Shown here: positions 14,340 to 27,068 of the stretch, piece by piece | Numbering within the stretch: position 1 is the first letter of the stretch | Layout: each line of letters starts with the position of its first letter | NCBI GenBank assembly: GCA_002269645.1 | Contig: NIVC01001824.1 | Span: forward strand, 172,073-236,072 | Direction of reading: 5' to 3' | Origin: Macrostomum lignano | Taxonomy: Eukaryota | DNA length: 64,000 nucleotides | The notes under the pieces: generated by a model | Seen by the model: only the letters and a program-made list of their open reading frames with translations | The model's database searches: none | What the model was told of the DNA's origin: nothing | Position numbers and translations under genes: made by a program

Positions 14340-15220
14340 GGGTTGCTTTTAGAAGCCCTAAATTTCACAACGTCGCAAGACACAAACTTTCATAAGCTCT
14401 AAATTTCATAAACACTAATTTTCACATTGTTGAAAAGTTGTGCACAGAATTTCATAAGCTTTAAATTTAACAACCTCTAAATTTCACAACGTCCCAAATC
14501 ACTATGGAGATGCAATCTTTCACAAGACCTAAATTTCACAATGCCTAAAAAAACTCCATGGTCTCCATAGTGTTTTTAGGCGTTGTGAAATTTAGGTCTT
14601 GTGAAAGATTGTATCTCCATAGTGTTTTTAGGCATTGTGAAATTTAGGTATTGTGAAAGATTGTATCTCCATAGTGTTTTTAGGCGTTGTGAAATTTAGG
14701 TCTTGTGAAAGATTGTATCTCCAGTGTTTTTAGGCGTTGTGAAATTTAGGTCTTGTGAAAGATTGTATCTCCATAGTGTTTTTAGGCATTGTGAAATTTA
14801 GGTCTTGTGAAAGATTGTATCTCCATAGTGTTTTTAGGCATTGTGAAATTTAGGTCTTGTGAAAGATTGTATCTCCATAGTGTTTTTAGGCATTGTGAAA
14901 TTTAGGTATTGTGAAAGATTGTATCTCCATAGTGTTTTTAGGCGTTGTGAAATTTAGGTCTTGTGAAAGATTGTATCTCCAGTGTTTTTAGGCATTGTGA
15001 TATTTAGGGTTTGTGAAATTTAGGGTTTGTGAAATTTAGAGATAGTGAAATTTAGGGCTTTTGAAAATCTGTGCATGCCTTTTAGGTGTTATGAAATTTA
15101 GGGCTTGTGAAATCTGCTGCATTGCTTATTTTCGACGTTGTGAAAATTAGGGTTTATGAAATATAGGTCTTATGAAAGGTTCTGGTTTTGACGTGAAAAT
15201 TAGGGTTTGTGAAATGACCC
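14340..15220. mobile_element. Foldback-like non-autonomous element built of inverted satellite arms (52-bp units)
   Basis: AAATTTCACAAC-type units on the left invert at ~14555 to GTTGTGAAATTT-type units; GGGT...ACCC termini with diverged terminal similarity. Confidence 0.55.
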
Positions 15221-15738
15221 TGCCAAGTGTATGCCAAGATTATCAGTGAGAGCAAAAATATGCTGGAAAATTCTAGTGTAAAGGCCACCTTCTGGACTAT
15301 GGGTTATTTCTTATATCAAGTGATAAAAAGGAATTTTATATGTGATAGACCAAATAAAAATCTTAGTATAGGTCTTTATAATAGAATGGTATATTAACAA
15401 TGATTTAATAAAGTTGTATTTATATGGTGGTTATATAAGTATAATGAAAAAGCTTTTACTAATTCTTAGAAAAAGAATAATTGTAGAACAAATATGATTA
15501 ATAATATGTTGACATTATTATTGACATTAAATAAAGCTTTGGAATAAAGTCGTTTTTATTTCCTATGAATTTGATACAGAAGATCTGTTAGCCTATGCCA
15601 ATTATTTTTTTAAAGATCTCTACAGGTTCACCTTCATTTTTAATCTTTCAGAAAAAGGAAAACATCACTACTTACCATTGGCTAAGCAAGTAGTGCTTGA
15701 AGGATATATCAAATTCTAATATATCCTAGAGTGAGGAG

Positions 15739-16653
15739 ATGGTACAAATTCGCAAGCGAAGCGCCCATCTGGCTGCCCAGAATAAGCTGACTTCAGCCAC
15801 TGCCAATTTGTTAGAAAGCGACGATAGCCACGACAGCGAGCTCGATGAAGAAGACTCAGATGATGATGAGGATTATAATCCTGAGGCTGCTGCATCCGCT
15901 GAGATGGGAATTGATGAAGACAATAGCAATCAGAGTGATAGCGATGGTACTAGCAACGGCAGTGAACATATTGCTTCAAAGCTTGGATTAAGCATCGCTG
16001 TGGAAGATAGCGACAAAGACCACAGTAGCGACGCGTCAGAATTCAATGCCTATTTAGTTCGAGACAAAGACTCCGCGTTAACAAATCCTCTGCTAGCCTA
16101 TATAGATAATTCCTATACTAGCCAGAGACGCTTTCTCAACCAGCCCGACCTGTGGCATTGTATGCGATTTTCCAGGTCTATTCAATCCTTGCGCAGCCTC
16201 ACCGCTTCTTCATCATCGTCTGCTGATTCGACAGCTTGGCGTCGACTATTCGACGAAGCATTCGGCGATAATCGACCACCGGCTTTGGCGCTGTCCTCGC
16301 AGGAGCTGGCCGACTACCTGCCTAGAGGCTTTGCTGACTATGATGGTAGCATGAATAGCGGGGAAGACTTAAGCATTCCCTATTCTATAGTGCGGACTGG
16401 GGAACAAGAGTCTGAGATTAAACGGCTGCCGCTGTTAGGCGCCGATGCTCAAGCCGGGCTAGCCTTTGCTGGCGGTCGGATCCGGTGCCTGACTTGGCTG
16501 CCGCCAGACCCGAGTCTGGGTCCAGCGCAGCCGCAGCTGCTGCTCGTGTGTCCCGACTGGCCAGAGCTGGAGGCCGACACTGACGAACAGATACGACGGC
16601 GGCGACACCATGGGACTGTTCAAATTTGGAGAGTTGGGCCCGATGGGGATGAG
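15739..16653 (+). CDS. GTF3C2: TFIIIC subunit 2 (TFIIIC110/Tfc6)-like, exon 1
   Basis: Acidic N-terminus, then AGGRIRCLTWLP...GTVQIW matching the first WD-like blade of GTF3C2 as I recall it; GAG|GTAATG donor, phase 0. Confidence 0.7.
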
Positions 16654-16674
16654 GTAATGAAATGCCATTGGTTT

Positions 16675-17095
16675 GCAGATCCTCAGTTGCTGGGCCACCA
16701 GCCACCCAGATCTTCAATTGCTGGGCCAGCGTCCCAGATCCTCAGTTGCTGGGCCAGCGTCCCAGATCCTCAATTGCTGGCCAGCCTCCCAGATCCTCAG
16801 TTGCTTGGCCAGCCTCCCAGATCCTCAGTTGCTGGGCCAGCCTCCCAGATCCTCAGTTGCTGGGCCAGCCTCCCAGATCCTCAGTTGCTATGCCAACCTC
16901 CCAGATCCTCAGTTGCTATGCCAACCTCCCAGATCCTCAGTTGCTATGCCAACCTCCCAGATCCTCAGTTGCTATGCCAACCTCCCATATCCTCAGTCGC
17001 TGGGCCACCAGCCTCCCATATCCTCAGTCGCTGGGCCACCAGCCTCCCATATCCTCAGTCGCTGGGCTACCAGCCTCCCATATCCTCATTTCCAG
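16675..17095. repeat. Intronic 28-bp minisatellite
   Basis: CCTCCCAGATCCTCAGTTGCTGGGCCAG units. Confidence 0.9.
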
Positions 17096-17116
17096 TCGCA
17101 ACTTCCCTCTCCTCAG

Positions 17117-17607
17117 CTGAGCATCTCCGCCTGCCTGTGCCACGAGTTCGGCCCCATCGTTGCCTGCGCCTGGCTGCCGTCGCCGCCGCCTTCAACAGCC
17201 GACATCAGCCGCCAGCAGCATCGGACCAGACCAATCTACATCGCTCTGGCCTGCGCATCAGACGGTTTAATCCGAGTAGCCCAACTTCCAACCATTGAAC
17301 GTTTGATCTCGGCTGGAAAATCGTCTACCACTACTCAGACTCAGCCTGCACCGATAGCCGAGCCTCTGGGGCCCTGTCTGAGCCTCGGGCTGGCCAGTCT
17401 GGTCACCCCATCGGACAGTTCAACAGGCAGTGATGAAGACTCCAGCAGCCAGTTGCTAAGATACGGCAGGCCAATTTGCCTCGAGGTTCAAAGTGACTGC
17501 CAGCCTGGCCTGGTTTTGGCCGGCTTTTCTAGCGGCCTGTGCGCCGCCTGGCATCTGGACTGCGTTCAGTTTCGCGACAGAGGCAGCGCAGACGTTCAAG
17601 GACTGCG
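17117..17607 (+). CDS. GTF3C2: GTF3C2-like exon 2
   Basis: CTCCTCAG acceptor; CHEFGPIVACAWLP, LALACASDGLIRV, LAGFSSGLCAAWHL resemble GTF3C2 blades; CG|GTATGA donor, phase 2. Confidence 0.7.
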
Positions 17608-17694
17608 GTATGATGAGCTTATGAGCGTTTGTCTTGGGTTTTATCCAGCTTCCGTGATGAGGTGGCTTTAGTGCAAAATTTTGTGTTTAAAAAA

Positions 17695-18020
17695 GTCTCA
17701 TAGGGTGAGATTTCCTATTAGATTTATGGAGTCTCATAGGGTGAGATTTCCTATTAGATTTATGCAGTCTCATAGGGTGAGATTTCCTATCAGATTAATG
17801 TAGTCTCATTTGATGAGATTTCCTATTAGATTTACACAGCCTCATTTGGTGAGATTTCCTATTAGATTTATGCAGTCTCATAGGGTGAGATTTCCTATTA
17901 GATTTATGCAGTCTCATAGGGTGAGATTTTCTATCTTCAATTTAGTAGACTCACTATAATCTCAGGGTTGAGATTTCCTATCTTAAATATAGACTCACTA
18001 TTATCTCATGGGTGAGATTT
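17695..18020. repeat. Intronic 36-bp minisatellite
   Basis: TCTCATAGGGTGAGATTTCCTATTAGATTTATGCAG units. Confidence 0.9.
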
Positions 18021-18068
18021 CTCAAAGTTTCCCCAGTCTCATCCCCACTGCTCATCCCCCATCCTCAG

Positions 18069-18281
18069 CTACTCGCCCAAGCTGGCCTACCTGAACGCCA
18101 GCCGAATCTGGCTCGCCAGTCCCAGCCGGGCGCCCGTGCTGGCGATGCGACTCGAGCCGGAGTCCGGCGACACCCTCGCTGTGAGCTGCGCAGACAGGCG
18201 GGTTCGACTGTTCTCCCTGTCTCAGCTGACTGGCACCCAGCCTGCCCAGCTGCTCAGGCTGCCGCGGCACAGCATGGCCAG
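18069..18281 (+). CDS. GTF3C2: GTF3C2-like exon 3
   Basis: CATCCTCAG acceptor with matching phase; [17 protein letters not shown] motif; AG|GTCTGT donor. Confidence 0.65.
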
Positions 18282-18302
18282 GTCTGTGGCCGATCTGATT
18301 GG

Positions 18303-18867
18303 GTCTGTCTGTGTGTCTGTCTCTTTGTGTCTGTCTGTGTGTCTGTCTCTTTGTGTCTGTCTGTGTGTCTGTCTCTTTGTGTCTGTCTGTGTGTCTGTCT
18401 CTTTGTGTCTGCCTGTCTTTGTGTCTGCCTGTCTTTGTGTCTGCCTGTCTTTGTGTCTGTCTGTGTGTCTGTCTCTTTGTGTCTGTCTGTCAGTGTGTCT
18501 GTCTGTCTTTGTGTCTGCCTGTCTTTGTGTCTGCCTGTCTTTGTGTCTGTCTGTCAGTGTGTCTGTCTGTCTGTGAGTCTGTCTGTGTGTCTGCCTGTCT
18601 TTGTGTCTGCCTGTCTTTGTGTCTGCCTGTCTTTGTGTCTGCCTGTCTTTGTGTCTGCCTGTCTTTGTGTCTGTCTGTCTTTGTGTCTGTCTGTCTTTGG
18701 CTGTCTGTCTCTGTATCTACCTGTCTTTGTGTCTGTCTTTTCGTCTGCCTGTCTTTGTGTCTGTCTGTCTGTCTGTCCGTCTGTCTATCTGTCTGCCTGC
18801 CTGTCTGTCTGTCTGTCTGTCCGTCTGTCTATCTGTCTGCCTGCCTGCCTGTCTGTCTGTCTGTCTA

Positions 18868-18912
<45 letters not shown>

Positions 18913-19111
18913 GTGTCTGCCTGTCTTTGTGTCTGCCTGTCTTTGGCTGTCTGTCTCTGTATCTACCTGTCTTTGTGTCTGTCTTTTCGTCTGCCTGTCT
19001 TTGTGTCTGTCTTTTCGTCTGCCTGTCTTTGTGTCTGTCTGTCTGTCCGTCTGTCTATCTGTCTGCCTGCCTGTCTGTCTGTCCGTCTGTCTATCTGTCT
19101 GCCTGCCTGCC

Positions 19112-19166
<55 letters not shown>

Positions 19167-19343
19167 GTGTCTGTGTGTCTGCCTGTCTTTGTGTCTGCCT
19201 GTCTTTGGTTGTCTGTCTCTGTATCTACCTGTCTTTGTGTCTGTCTTTTCGTCTGCCTGTCTTTGTGTCTGTCTTTTCGTCTGCCTGTCTTTGTGTCTGT
19301 CTGTCTGTCTGTCCGTCTGTCTATCTGTCTGTCTGTCTGTCTA

Positions 19344-19421
<78 letters not shown>

Positions 19422-19433
19422 AGTCAGTCAGTC
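18303..19433. repeat. Intronic (GTCT)-based compound microsatellite
   Basis: Direct inspection. Confidence 0.95.
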
Positions 19434-19466
19434 CGTCTTATTCGCGCCGCAATCCGCCACCCGCAG

Positions 19467-21603
19467 AGACCTGTCCTGGTGCAGTCACGGCGTGCTGCTC
19501 TGCGCCAACGAGCTCTGCCGCGCGCCCGGCGAATCCTCCGCAGCCGGGGCCTCCTGCCTCAGCAGCCACCCCTTGGCAACCGGACACTCGGTCAGTCTGG
19601 ACGAAACCACACAGTCCGCCTGGCGACTGGCGCACAGCTGCCTGCGCGACGGCCTGGCCATGGCCCGGCTCGGCGGTCAAATCCGCGTCATTCAGCTGCC
19701 GCCAGCTCTGCTGCATCATTGCAGGCGCGGTCAGCGGCGCAACCCCATGCAGGCGGTGCACCGAGCCACTCCCACCCGGCCCTGGCTAGCGGCGTCGCTT
19801 ATTCAACAAGCTTCGCCAGCCGCATCGGCCAAGGCTGCCAGTTGCCGACGCTGTTCAACTAGCGGCGCCCGGTGCTACACCTGCGTGAGAGCTACTCACC
19901 GGCTCCTGCTGAGCCTGCCGCCTCTGTCTACTAACCGACAGGCGAAGCTGCCTCCTCTAGCCGAGCTGGAACAGCCTCAGCTGTACCCGATGCACCTGGC
20001 CCAGTGCCTTGAATGGAGCCGGTCGCCTAGCCAGTCTAACTGGTTAGCTGTCGGTTTCAACTGCGGCCTGATCCGTTTAGCAAGAGTTGAACATCTGGAC
20101 GATGCGCCAGCTTATGGACCGCTGGTAGATGCCTACTATGAAATCAATACGGAGCTATTCGATAAGTGTCTAGCTGAGATAGTTGAACTGGCTCAGGCTA
20201 AGTCTAGCCCGGCCAAGACTAGTGTGGAGCGGCGCGGCAGGCCCCGTCGGAAGATTAAGCCAAATGAGAAGAAGCAGAAAAAGCCGCCACCACCAAAGAT
20301 GCCAACAACAACAACAACAACAACCGGGACGTCAAAACGTCGCGGTCGACCGCCGAAGCATCGACCACCTTCATCGCCGCCGATAATTAAAGAACGACAA
20401 CAACAACAACAACAACAAAATCCTACCGAAGCCAGCCAAGCTTCCTCTTCTTTAACCTTGATTGAAAACTCGGTTGGCAAAGCTAAGGGTAGAATTTCTC
20501 AGTCTCTTTTGGCTCTGGCCAATATTCCAGCTCCTATGATCACTGTACTGTCTGCCTCCAGTTCGACTTCGATATCGGCAGCTCTAGCTAGCAGAGAATT
20601 GTCGCCGCCTTCAATTCGCGCAAATTCTAAATTGGCCGCTACGGAGACCACTGGTAAAACTTCCTCGTCGAATGTCGCTAAGTCGACAACGTCAACTAAC
20701 TCGATTTTTAAACAATCGACATCGTCTAGCGTTGAAAAGTCGAAATCCAATGTCGGAACATTGACATCATCCTATTTCAAGAAGTCGGCACCGTCCTGTG
20801 TCGAGAAGTCGACACCGTCAAACGTCGAGAAGTCGACACCGTCAAATGTCGAGAAGTCGACACCGTCAAATGTCGAGAAGTCGACACCGTCAAATGTCGA
20901 GAAGTCGACACCGTCAAATGTCGAGAAGTCAACACCGTCAAATGTCGAGAAGTCGACACCGTCAAATGTCGAGAAGTCAACACCGTCAAATGTCGAGAAG
21001 TCGACACCGTCAAATGTCGAGAAGTCAACACCGTCAAATGTCGAGAAGTCGACATCGTCTAGTGTCAAGAAGTCGACATCGTCCAGTGTCGAAAAATCAA
21101 CACCGTCTGATCTTGAAAAGCCGAAGACAAATGTCGAAACATCTACTTCTGTGGTCGGTAAATCGACACCCTCACGTGTCGGCACTTCAACACTGTCTTC
21201 AAGTGTTGACAAGACCGTATCATATGTCGTTAGATTGTCGTCTCCCTCTGCATCAAGTTCGACATCTACAACTTCCGCAAAGGTTATGTCCTCAGCGTCG
21301 CCCACGTTTGAAAGACAAGCGGCAACAAAGGTCAGTACGGTGGCTCCGTCAACTGTGTCAGCTTCCGTGTCCTCAAAAATTAGAGTGTCGATTGTCGATC
21401 TCTCGTCTAGTGTTGCCGCAGTGTCGCCCTCAACAATTTCAAAGGCGCCGGCAAAGTCGTCGACTGTCGTCGCTTTGTCGCCGTCAACAATTTCAAAGAC
21501 GCCGATAGAATCGTCAAACGTTGATGCCTCATCAATTTCTTCCGCGTCGCAGCTGCCAACTGATGCCGACAAATCGACTGTAGCGAAACAGTCTGAACGA
21601 CAG
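19467..21603 (+). CDS. GTF3C2: GTF3C2-like exon 4 (last blades, two AT-hooks, S/T-rich tail)
   Basis: CCCGCAG acceptor, phase 2; LEWSRSPSQSNWLAVGFNCGLIRL terminal blade; RRGRPRRK and RRGRPPK AT-hooks; CAG|GTAAAC donor; small additional introns not excluded. Confidence 0.65.
20795..21080 (+). repeat. Exonic 24-bp tandem repeat encoding (EKSTPSNV)n
   Basis: In-frame octapeptide repeat in exon 4. Confidence 0.9.
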
Positions 21604-21642
21604 GTAAACTCATTATCAGCTTGCTTTTATCAGATAGCTTAT

Positions 21643-22815
21643 CCCTAGTGTCTGATCAATGACCATCCCTAGTGTCTGATCAATGACCATCCCTAGTGTC
21701 TTATCCATGACCATCCCTAGTGTCTGATCAATGACCATCCCTAGTGTCTTATCCATGACCATCCCTAGTGTCTTATCAATGACCATCCTTAATGTCTTAT
21801 CAATGACCATCCCTAGTGTCTGATCAATGACCATCCCTAGTGTCTGATCAATGACCATCCCTAGTGTCTTATCAGTGACCATCCCTAGTGTCTGATCAAT
21901 GACCATCCCTAGTGTCTGATCAATGACCATCCCTAGTGTCTGATCAATGACCATCCCTAGTGTCTTATCAATGACCATCCCTAGTGTCTTATCAATGACC
22001 ATCCCTAGTGTCTTATCAATGACCATCCCTAGTGTCTGATCAGTGACCATCCTTAGTGTCTTATCAATGACCATCCCTAGTGTCTGATCAGTGACCATCC
22101 CTAGTGTCTTATCAATGACCATCCCTAGTGTCTGATCAGTGACCATCCCTAGTGTCTTATCAATGACCATCCCTAGTTTCTGATCAATGACCATCCTTAG
22201 TGTCTGATTAATGACCATCCCTAGTGTCTGATCAATGACCATCCTTAGTGTCTGATCAATGACCATCCCTAGTGTCTGATCAATGACCATCCCTAGTGTG
22301 TGATCAATGACCATCCCTAGTGTCTTATCAATGACCATCCCTAGTGTCTGATCAGTGACCATCCCTAGTGTCTGATCAATGACCATCCCTAGTGTGTGAT
22401 CAATGACCATCCCTAGTGTCTTATCAATGACCATCCCTAGTGTCTGATCAATGACCATCCCTAGTGTCTGATCAATGACCATCCCTAGTGTCTGATCAAT
22501 GACCATCCCTAGTGTCTGATCAATGACCATCTCTAGTGTCTGATCAGTGACCATCCCTACTGTCCGATCAATCAATGACTCAAATGGCTCATCAATGGCT
22601 CAGATGACCACTCAATGACTCAATGGGCCTATCAATGACTCAAATGGCCTATCAATGACTCAAATAAATGACCACTCGATGACTCAAATGGTCTATCAAT
22701 GACTCCAGTGACCAATAAATGACTCAAATTGCCTATTAATGACTTAAATGTCCCATCAATGACTTAAATGTTCCATCAATGACTTAAATGTCCCATCAAT
22801 GACTTAAATGACCCT
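21643..22815. repeat. Intronic 24-bp minisatellite followed by a ~20-bp repeat
   Basis: CCCTAGTGTCTGATCAATGACCAT units to ~22565, then ATCAATGACTCAAATG-type units. Confidence 0.95.
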
Positions 22816-22860
22816 CTCCAAAATAAATGACTCATTACCAACCCCCCCCCTCGCGATCAG

Positions 22861-23226
22861 GAGTCAACTCCTGCCGCCAGAAAACCCGGTCGAAAGCGCA
22901 AACAGCCGCAGAGCGCCGATGCCGAGGCAGACGCCGGCGCCGCCGCGAGCGCCAGAAAACGACGAGCGTCGAGAAAAATATCGACATCGACTGCATTTAG
23001 TCGCGTCGGCGGCAGCGGCGGCGTGTTCAAATACAGCGCCGAACAGATGGCCCAGATGCTCGACAGGATTCGACAATTCGAACAGAATCCGGAAAGTTTG
23101 TTTGTCGAGCTCGAGGGCGACTCTGCTGCTGGCTCGGGCACTGCAGCAGGAGTCGGAGGAGGAGCGACACCCTCCTCCAGGGCTCGCGGCCGAGGGCGGG
23201 GGCGAGGGCGAGGTCCCGGTAGCTGA
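22861..23226 (+). CDS. GTF3C2: GTF3C2-like terminal exon (basic, RG-rich end)
   Basis: CAG acceptor at 22858-22860, phase 0, open to TGA (ESTPAARKPGRKRK...RGRGRGRGPGS*). Confidence 0.55.
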   Translation, partial: ESTPAARKPGRKRKQPQSADAEADAGAAASARKRRASRKISTSTAFSRVGGSGGVFKYSAEQMAQMLDRIRQFEQNPESLFVELEGDSAAGSGTAAGVGGGATPSSRARGRGRGRGRGPGS

Positions 23227-23309
23227 AGGGTTGTCTCTCCGCTATTTTATGTCGCCGGATGTTCTCTTTTGATCTGCTTTACTGATTTTGTTCTTTCCTT
23301 CCGGTTATG

Positions 23310-23975
23310 CCCTTCCTCTCATCCCTCTTCCCTTCTATTTTCCTCCTTTCCCCTCTCCTCTTTCCCCTCTCCCTCTCCTCTCTCCCCTCTCCTCTCCTCT
23401 TTCCCCTCTCCCCTCTCCTCTCTTCCCTCTCCCCTCTCCCTCTCCCCTCTCTCCTCTCCTCTTTCCCCTCTCCCCTCTCTCCTCTCCTCTTTCCCCTCTC
23501 CCCTCACCCCTCTCCTCTCTCCCCTCTCCCCTCTCCTTTCTCCTCTCTCCCCTCTCCTCTCTCCCCTCTCCCCTCTCCTTTCTCCTCTCTCTCCCCTCTC
23601 CCCTCTCCTCTCCTCTTTCCCCTCTCCCCTCTCCCTCTCCTCTCTCCCCTCTCCCTCTCTCCTCTCCTCTTTCCCCTCTCCCCTCACCCCTCTCCTCTCT
23701 CTCCTCTCCCCTCTCCTCTCTCCCCTATCCCCTCTCCCCTCTCCTCTCTCCCCTCTCCCCTCTCCTCTCTCCCCTCTCCTCTCTCTCTCCTCTCTCCCCT
23801 CTCCTTTCTCCTCTATCCTCTCTCCCTTCTCCCCTCTCCTCTCTCCTCTCTCCCCTCTGCTCCCTTCCCTCTCCTCTCTTCTCTATCCTCTATCCTCCCT
23901 CATCTCTCTCCTCTTCCTTCTCCTCTCTCCCTCTCCTCTTTTCTCTCCCCTCTCCTCTCTCTCCCCTCTCCTCTC
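23310..23975. repeat. CT-rich low-complexity tract
   Basis: Direct inspection. Confidence 0.95.
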
Positions 23976-24572
23976 TATCCAATTTCCTTTCGCGCCTGTC
24001 AAACTGCTTCAAAAACTGCTTCCCAATGGCTAGGCACATTCACTTTCTCCTAATTCACCTGCACATATTCAGCCTTTAGTCCACTGTTTCTATGTAAAAA
24101 TAAAATTGCATATGCTACTACTTTCCATAGCAGTTGTACATACAACATATAGTGTCAGAAACCTATCAGCTTAAGCTAGAAAAGGCAAAAAATTGTTGTT
24201 TTTGTCACCTTTCGTTGAATTTCTAGTTTTAACGCCGCAGCTTATGGTAATTATGTATTATTAAAGTTACTGCGATATAGCATGGCAACACGCTTTACTA
24301 GTACTGATTGGCGCTAATGACTTTAGCCTGGCATTTCAAATACAGCTATGTAATAAAATATTTAAACATGAAAATTGGCACTCAAATTTATATTTGTTTG
24401 TTTAAAATGATTTGGTTTTCTAACCTTTTACTTGCGATATTTTGTGCTTTTTTGGGTTTTTAAAAAGTATCATTGTAGCTGCTGAGTCACATTCCCGCCC
24501 CGATTGGGCCAGATGTGCAACCGACAGCTCAGCCGCAGCTATTGCGCGGCGCATCTGAAGGCTGCGTACGGC

Positions 24573-26224
24573 GGGTCTACGACGTTTGCCTGCGGGACGT
24601 TTGCCAGCCGACGTTTGCCTGCGGGACGTTTGCCAGCCGACATTTGCCAGCCGACGTTTGCCAGCCGACGTTTGCCAGCCGACGTTTGCCAGCCGACGTT
24701 TGCCAGCGGGACGTTTGCCAGCCGAAGTTTGCCTGCCGGACGTTTGCCTGCGGGACGTTTGCCAGGCGACGTTTGCCAGCCGACGTTTGCCAGCCGACAT
24801 TTGCCAGCCGACATTTGCCAGCCGACATTTGCCAGCCAACGTTTGCCAGCGGGACGTTTGCCAGTCGGACGTTTGCCAGCCGACATTTGCCAGCCGACGT
24901 TTGCCTGCCGGACGTTTGCCAGCCGACGTTTGCCTGCCGGAAGTTTGCCAGCCAAAATTTGCTAGCCAATATAAAGCCAGTCAGTGAAAAATTTGATACT
25001 GAAACATTCGCAGTTTAGCGGTTTGACAAAAACCGTTTTTACTCCAACTTTTTGACGGTTATTCGCATATATACAAGTTTGAAAGCAAAATCTATAAATT
25101 ATGCAATTTATATAGATTTACATCTAATATCCAGTTTAACAACGATTTTCTTTGAATGTGAAAATATTGTTTACTTTTGACAATTGTGTATCGTTTTTCC
25201 CAGTTTGAGATGTTTGATTTTTGATGTGCGAAAGAAGACGCGCAGATTACAACGGGAATCTCCAGCGATTAAGTTATGAGGCAAACAAAAAGAGCTGCTG
25301 AGCGGTAATTCTGGCTCATATATTTCTCAGTTCATTGGGAGATCTCAAAGTAAGCAAATTGATTCCAATGCTGTTGTATTACTACTCAAGTAAGCAAGGA
25401 AACCGCGATCTCAACGTACATGTGTAGACGAGTCGAATGCGGTACGTTTTTATAGTAAGCTATATAGCTGAATAGCCAGACAAACCGCCAGTAGCAAGCT
25501 AGTAGAATAGCAAGCGCTAGACACTACGTATGCAAAGCTTAGTCATGCCAAGGACTACTAAAGTAGAAGTACGCAGCACTCGAAATCTATGAAAAATGTT
25601 TTGAAGGCCATAGGGAGATAGGAAGTTTTCATCTTTTCAGCACAACAATTGTTATTGCTTTCATACGAGGCAAACCCAATGTTCATCTTTTGATATGTTG
25701 TGCCAAAATCGTTGTTAAACTAGATATTAGACGTTAGACTGATGAACTGCATAATTTATATATTTTGCTTTCAAACTTGTATACATGCGAATAACCGTCA
25801 AAAAGTTGGAGTAAAAACGGTTTTTGTCAAACCGCTAAACTGCGAATGTTTCAGTATCAAATTTTTCACTGACTGGCTTTATATTGGCTAGCAAATTTTG
25901 GCTGGCAAACTTCCGGCAGGCAAACGTCGGCTGGCAAACGTCGGCTGGCAAACGTCCGGCAGGCAAACGTCCGGCAGGCAAACTTCGGCTGGCAAACGTC
26001 CCGCTGGCAAACGTCGGCTGGCAAACGTCGGCTGGCAAATGTCGGCTGGCAAACGTCTCGCAGGCAAACGTCGGCTGGCAAACGTCCGGCAGGCAAACTT
26101 CGGCTGGCAAACGTCCCACTGGCAAACGTCGGCTGGCAAACGTCGGCTGGCAAATGTCGGCTGGCAAACGTCCCGCAGGCAAACGTCGGCTGGCAAACGT
26201 CCCGCAGGCAAACGTCGCTATCCC
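24573..26224. mobile_element. Non-autonomous Foldback/MULE-like element with ~550-bp TIRs and 9-bp TSD
   Basis: GCGTACGGC at 24564-24572 and 26225-26233; GGG...CCC termini; arms (24573-~25149, ~25705-26224) of 14-15-bp subrepeats plus a unique inner segment are reverse complements. Confidence 0.88.
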
Positions 26225-26289
26225 GCGTACGGCTGTTCAGTCCAAGGACTGGGGGGGGGGGGGGTCGCCACACACAGCCTCAATTACCC

Positions 26290-26420
26290 CAGCTAATGCT
26301 GGCACCCATGTTACAGCTGGGTGAACTGAAGCAATGCAAGTGTCTTGCTCAAGAACACAAATTGTTCCGAGTGGGTCGGGAATCGAACTCCGGACCTTTC
26401 AGTAGGCAGTAGTATATGTG
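26290..26420 (-). mobile_element. SINE-like fragment
   Basis: Minus-strand B-box GGAGTTCGATTCCC followed by TTGTGTTCTTGAGCAAGACACTT...CACCCAGCTGTAA, resembling conserved SINE central domains (inference). Confidence 0.45.
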
Positions 26421-27068
26421 TTTTGACCATACAGTATAAAAATACTTACTATATTTGGCCAGTGCTTCCTGTCTTTCCTCAGCCCACATTTTACTAGAAA
26501 AAGCCAGACCTCTTTTTTCCCAGCATGCGTAAAGGTGAGCTAGGCCAGAGCGTACACTCACTCTAGCCCCACTTCCCTGTGGCAGGCAACTTGCAAGTCC
26601 CTCTCAACGCTCTGCCCTGTACAGCCCAGTTAAGGGTTAATTTTGGATAAAGTAACGATTTGAATAGAGCTGGCTCAACTATTATAACCAGCCTAGCTAT
26701 GCATTGCTGTGGGAGGGGTGCTGTGCTGGTCTGGTCTGAGCACCGAGGCATGGAGGGAAGAGCGGGTGAGGAAGTGAACACCCCAGCAAGAGTAGCTGTA
26801 GTTAGAGATAAAAGTCATCTGAACGGACAGGGGACACACGGGACAGTCTGATTGGTTATAGCCAGGTAGGAATTGGAGTGTAACTATACTCAAAAATATT
26901 TCTTCAAGTCCGATTTGCATATTTTTCTGCGCGCTTGCTTGTGGCAAAGGCTGTTACTAAAAGGAGAGTGCACATTCTCTTAAATCATATCAATAATTTA
27001 TCGACAATGGATCGCTGAGCAATGATTGACAGGGTAAGTTTTTATTATACCAGAGGTCGTTTGATATT

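Noticed and set aside
18012-19862. Long Cys/Val/Leu/Ser-rich ORFs
   Set aside because: Translations of an intronic GTCT repeat; the true exons are recovered by splicing
24420-26324. Multiple 110-170-aa ORFs (RRLANV/FASRR)
   Set aside because: Products of the 14-15-bp subrepeats in the foldback arms
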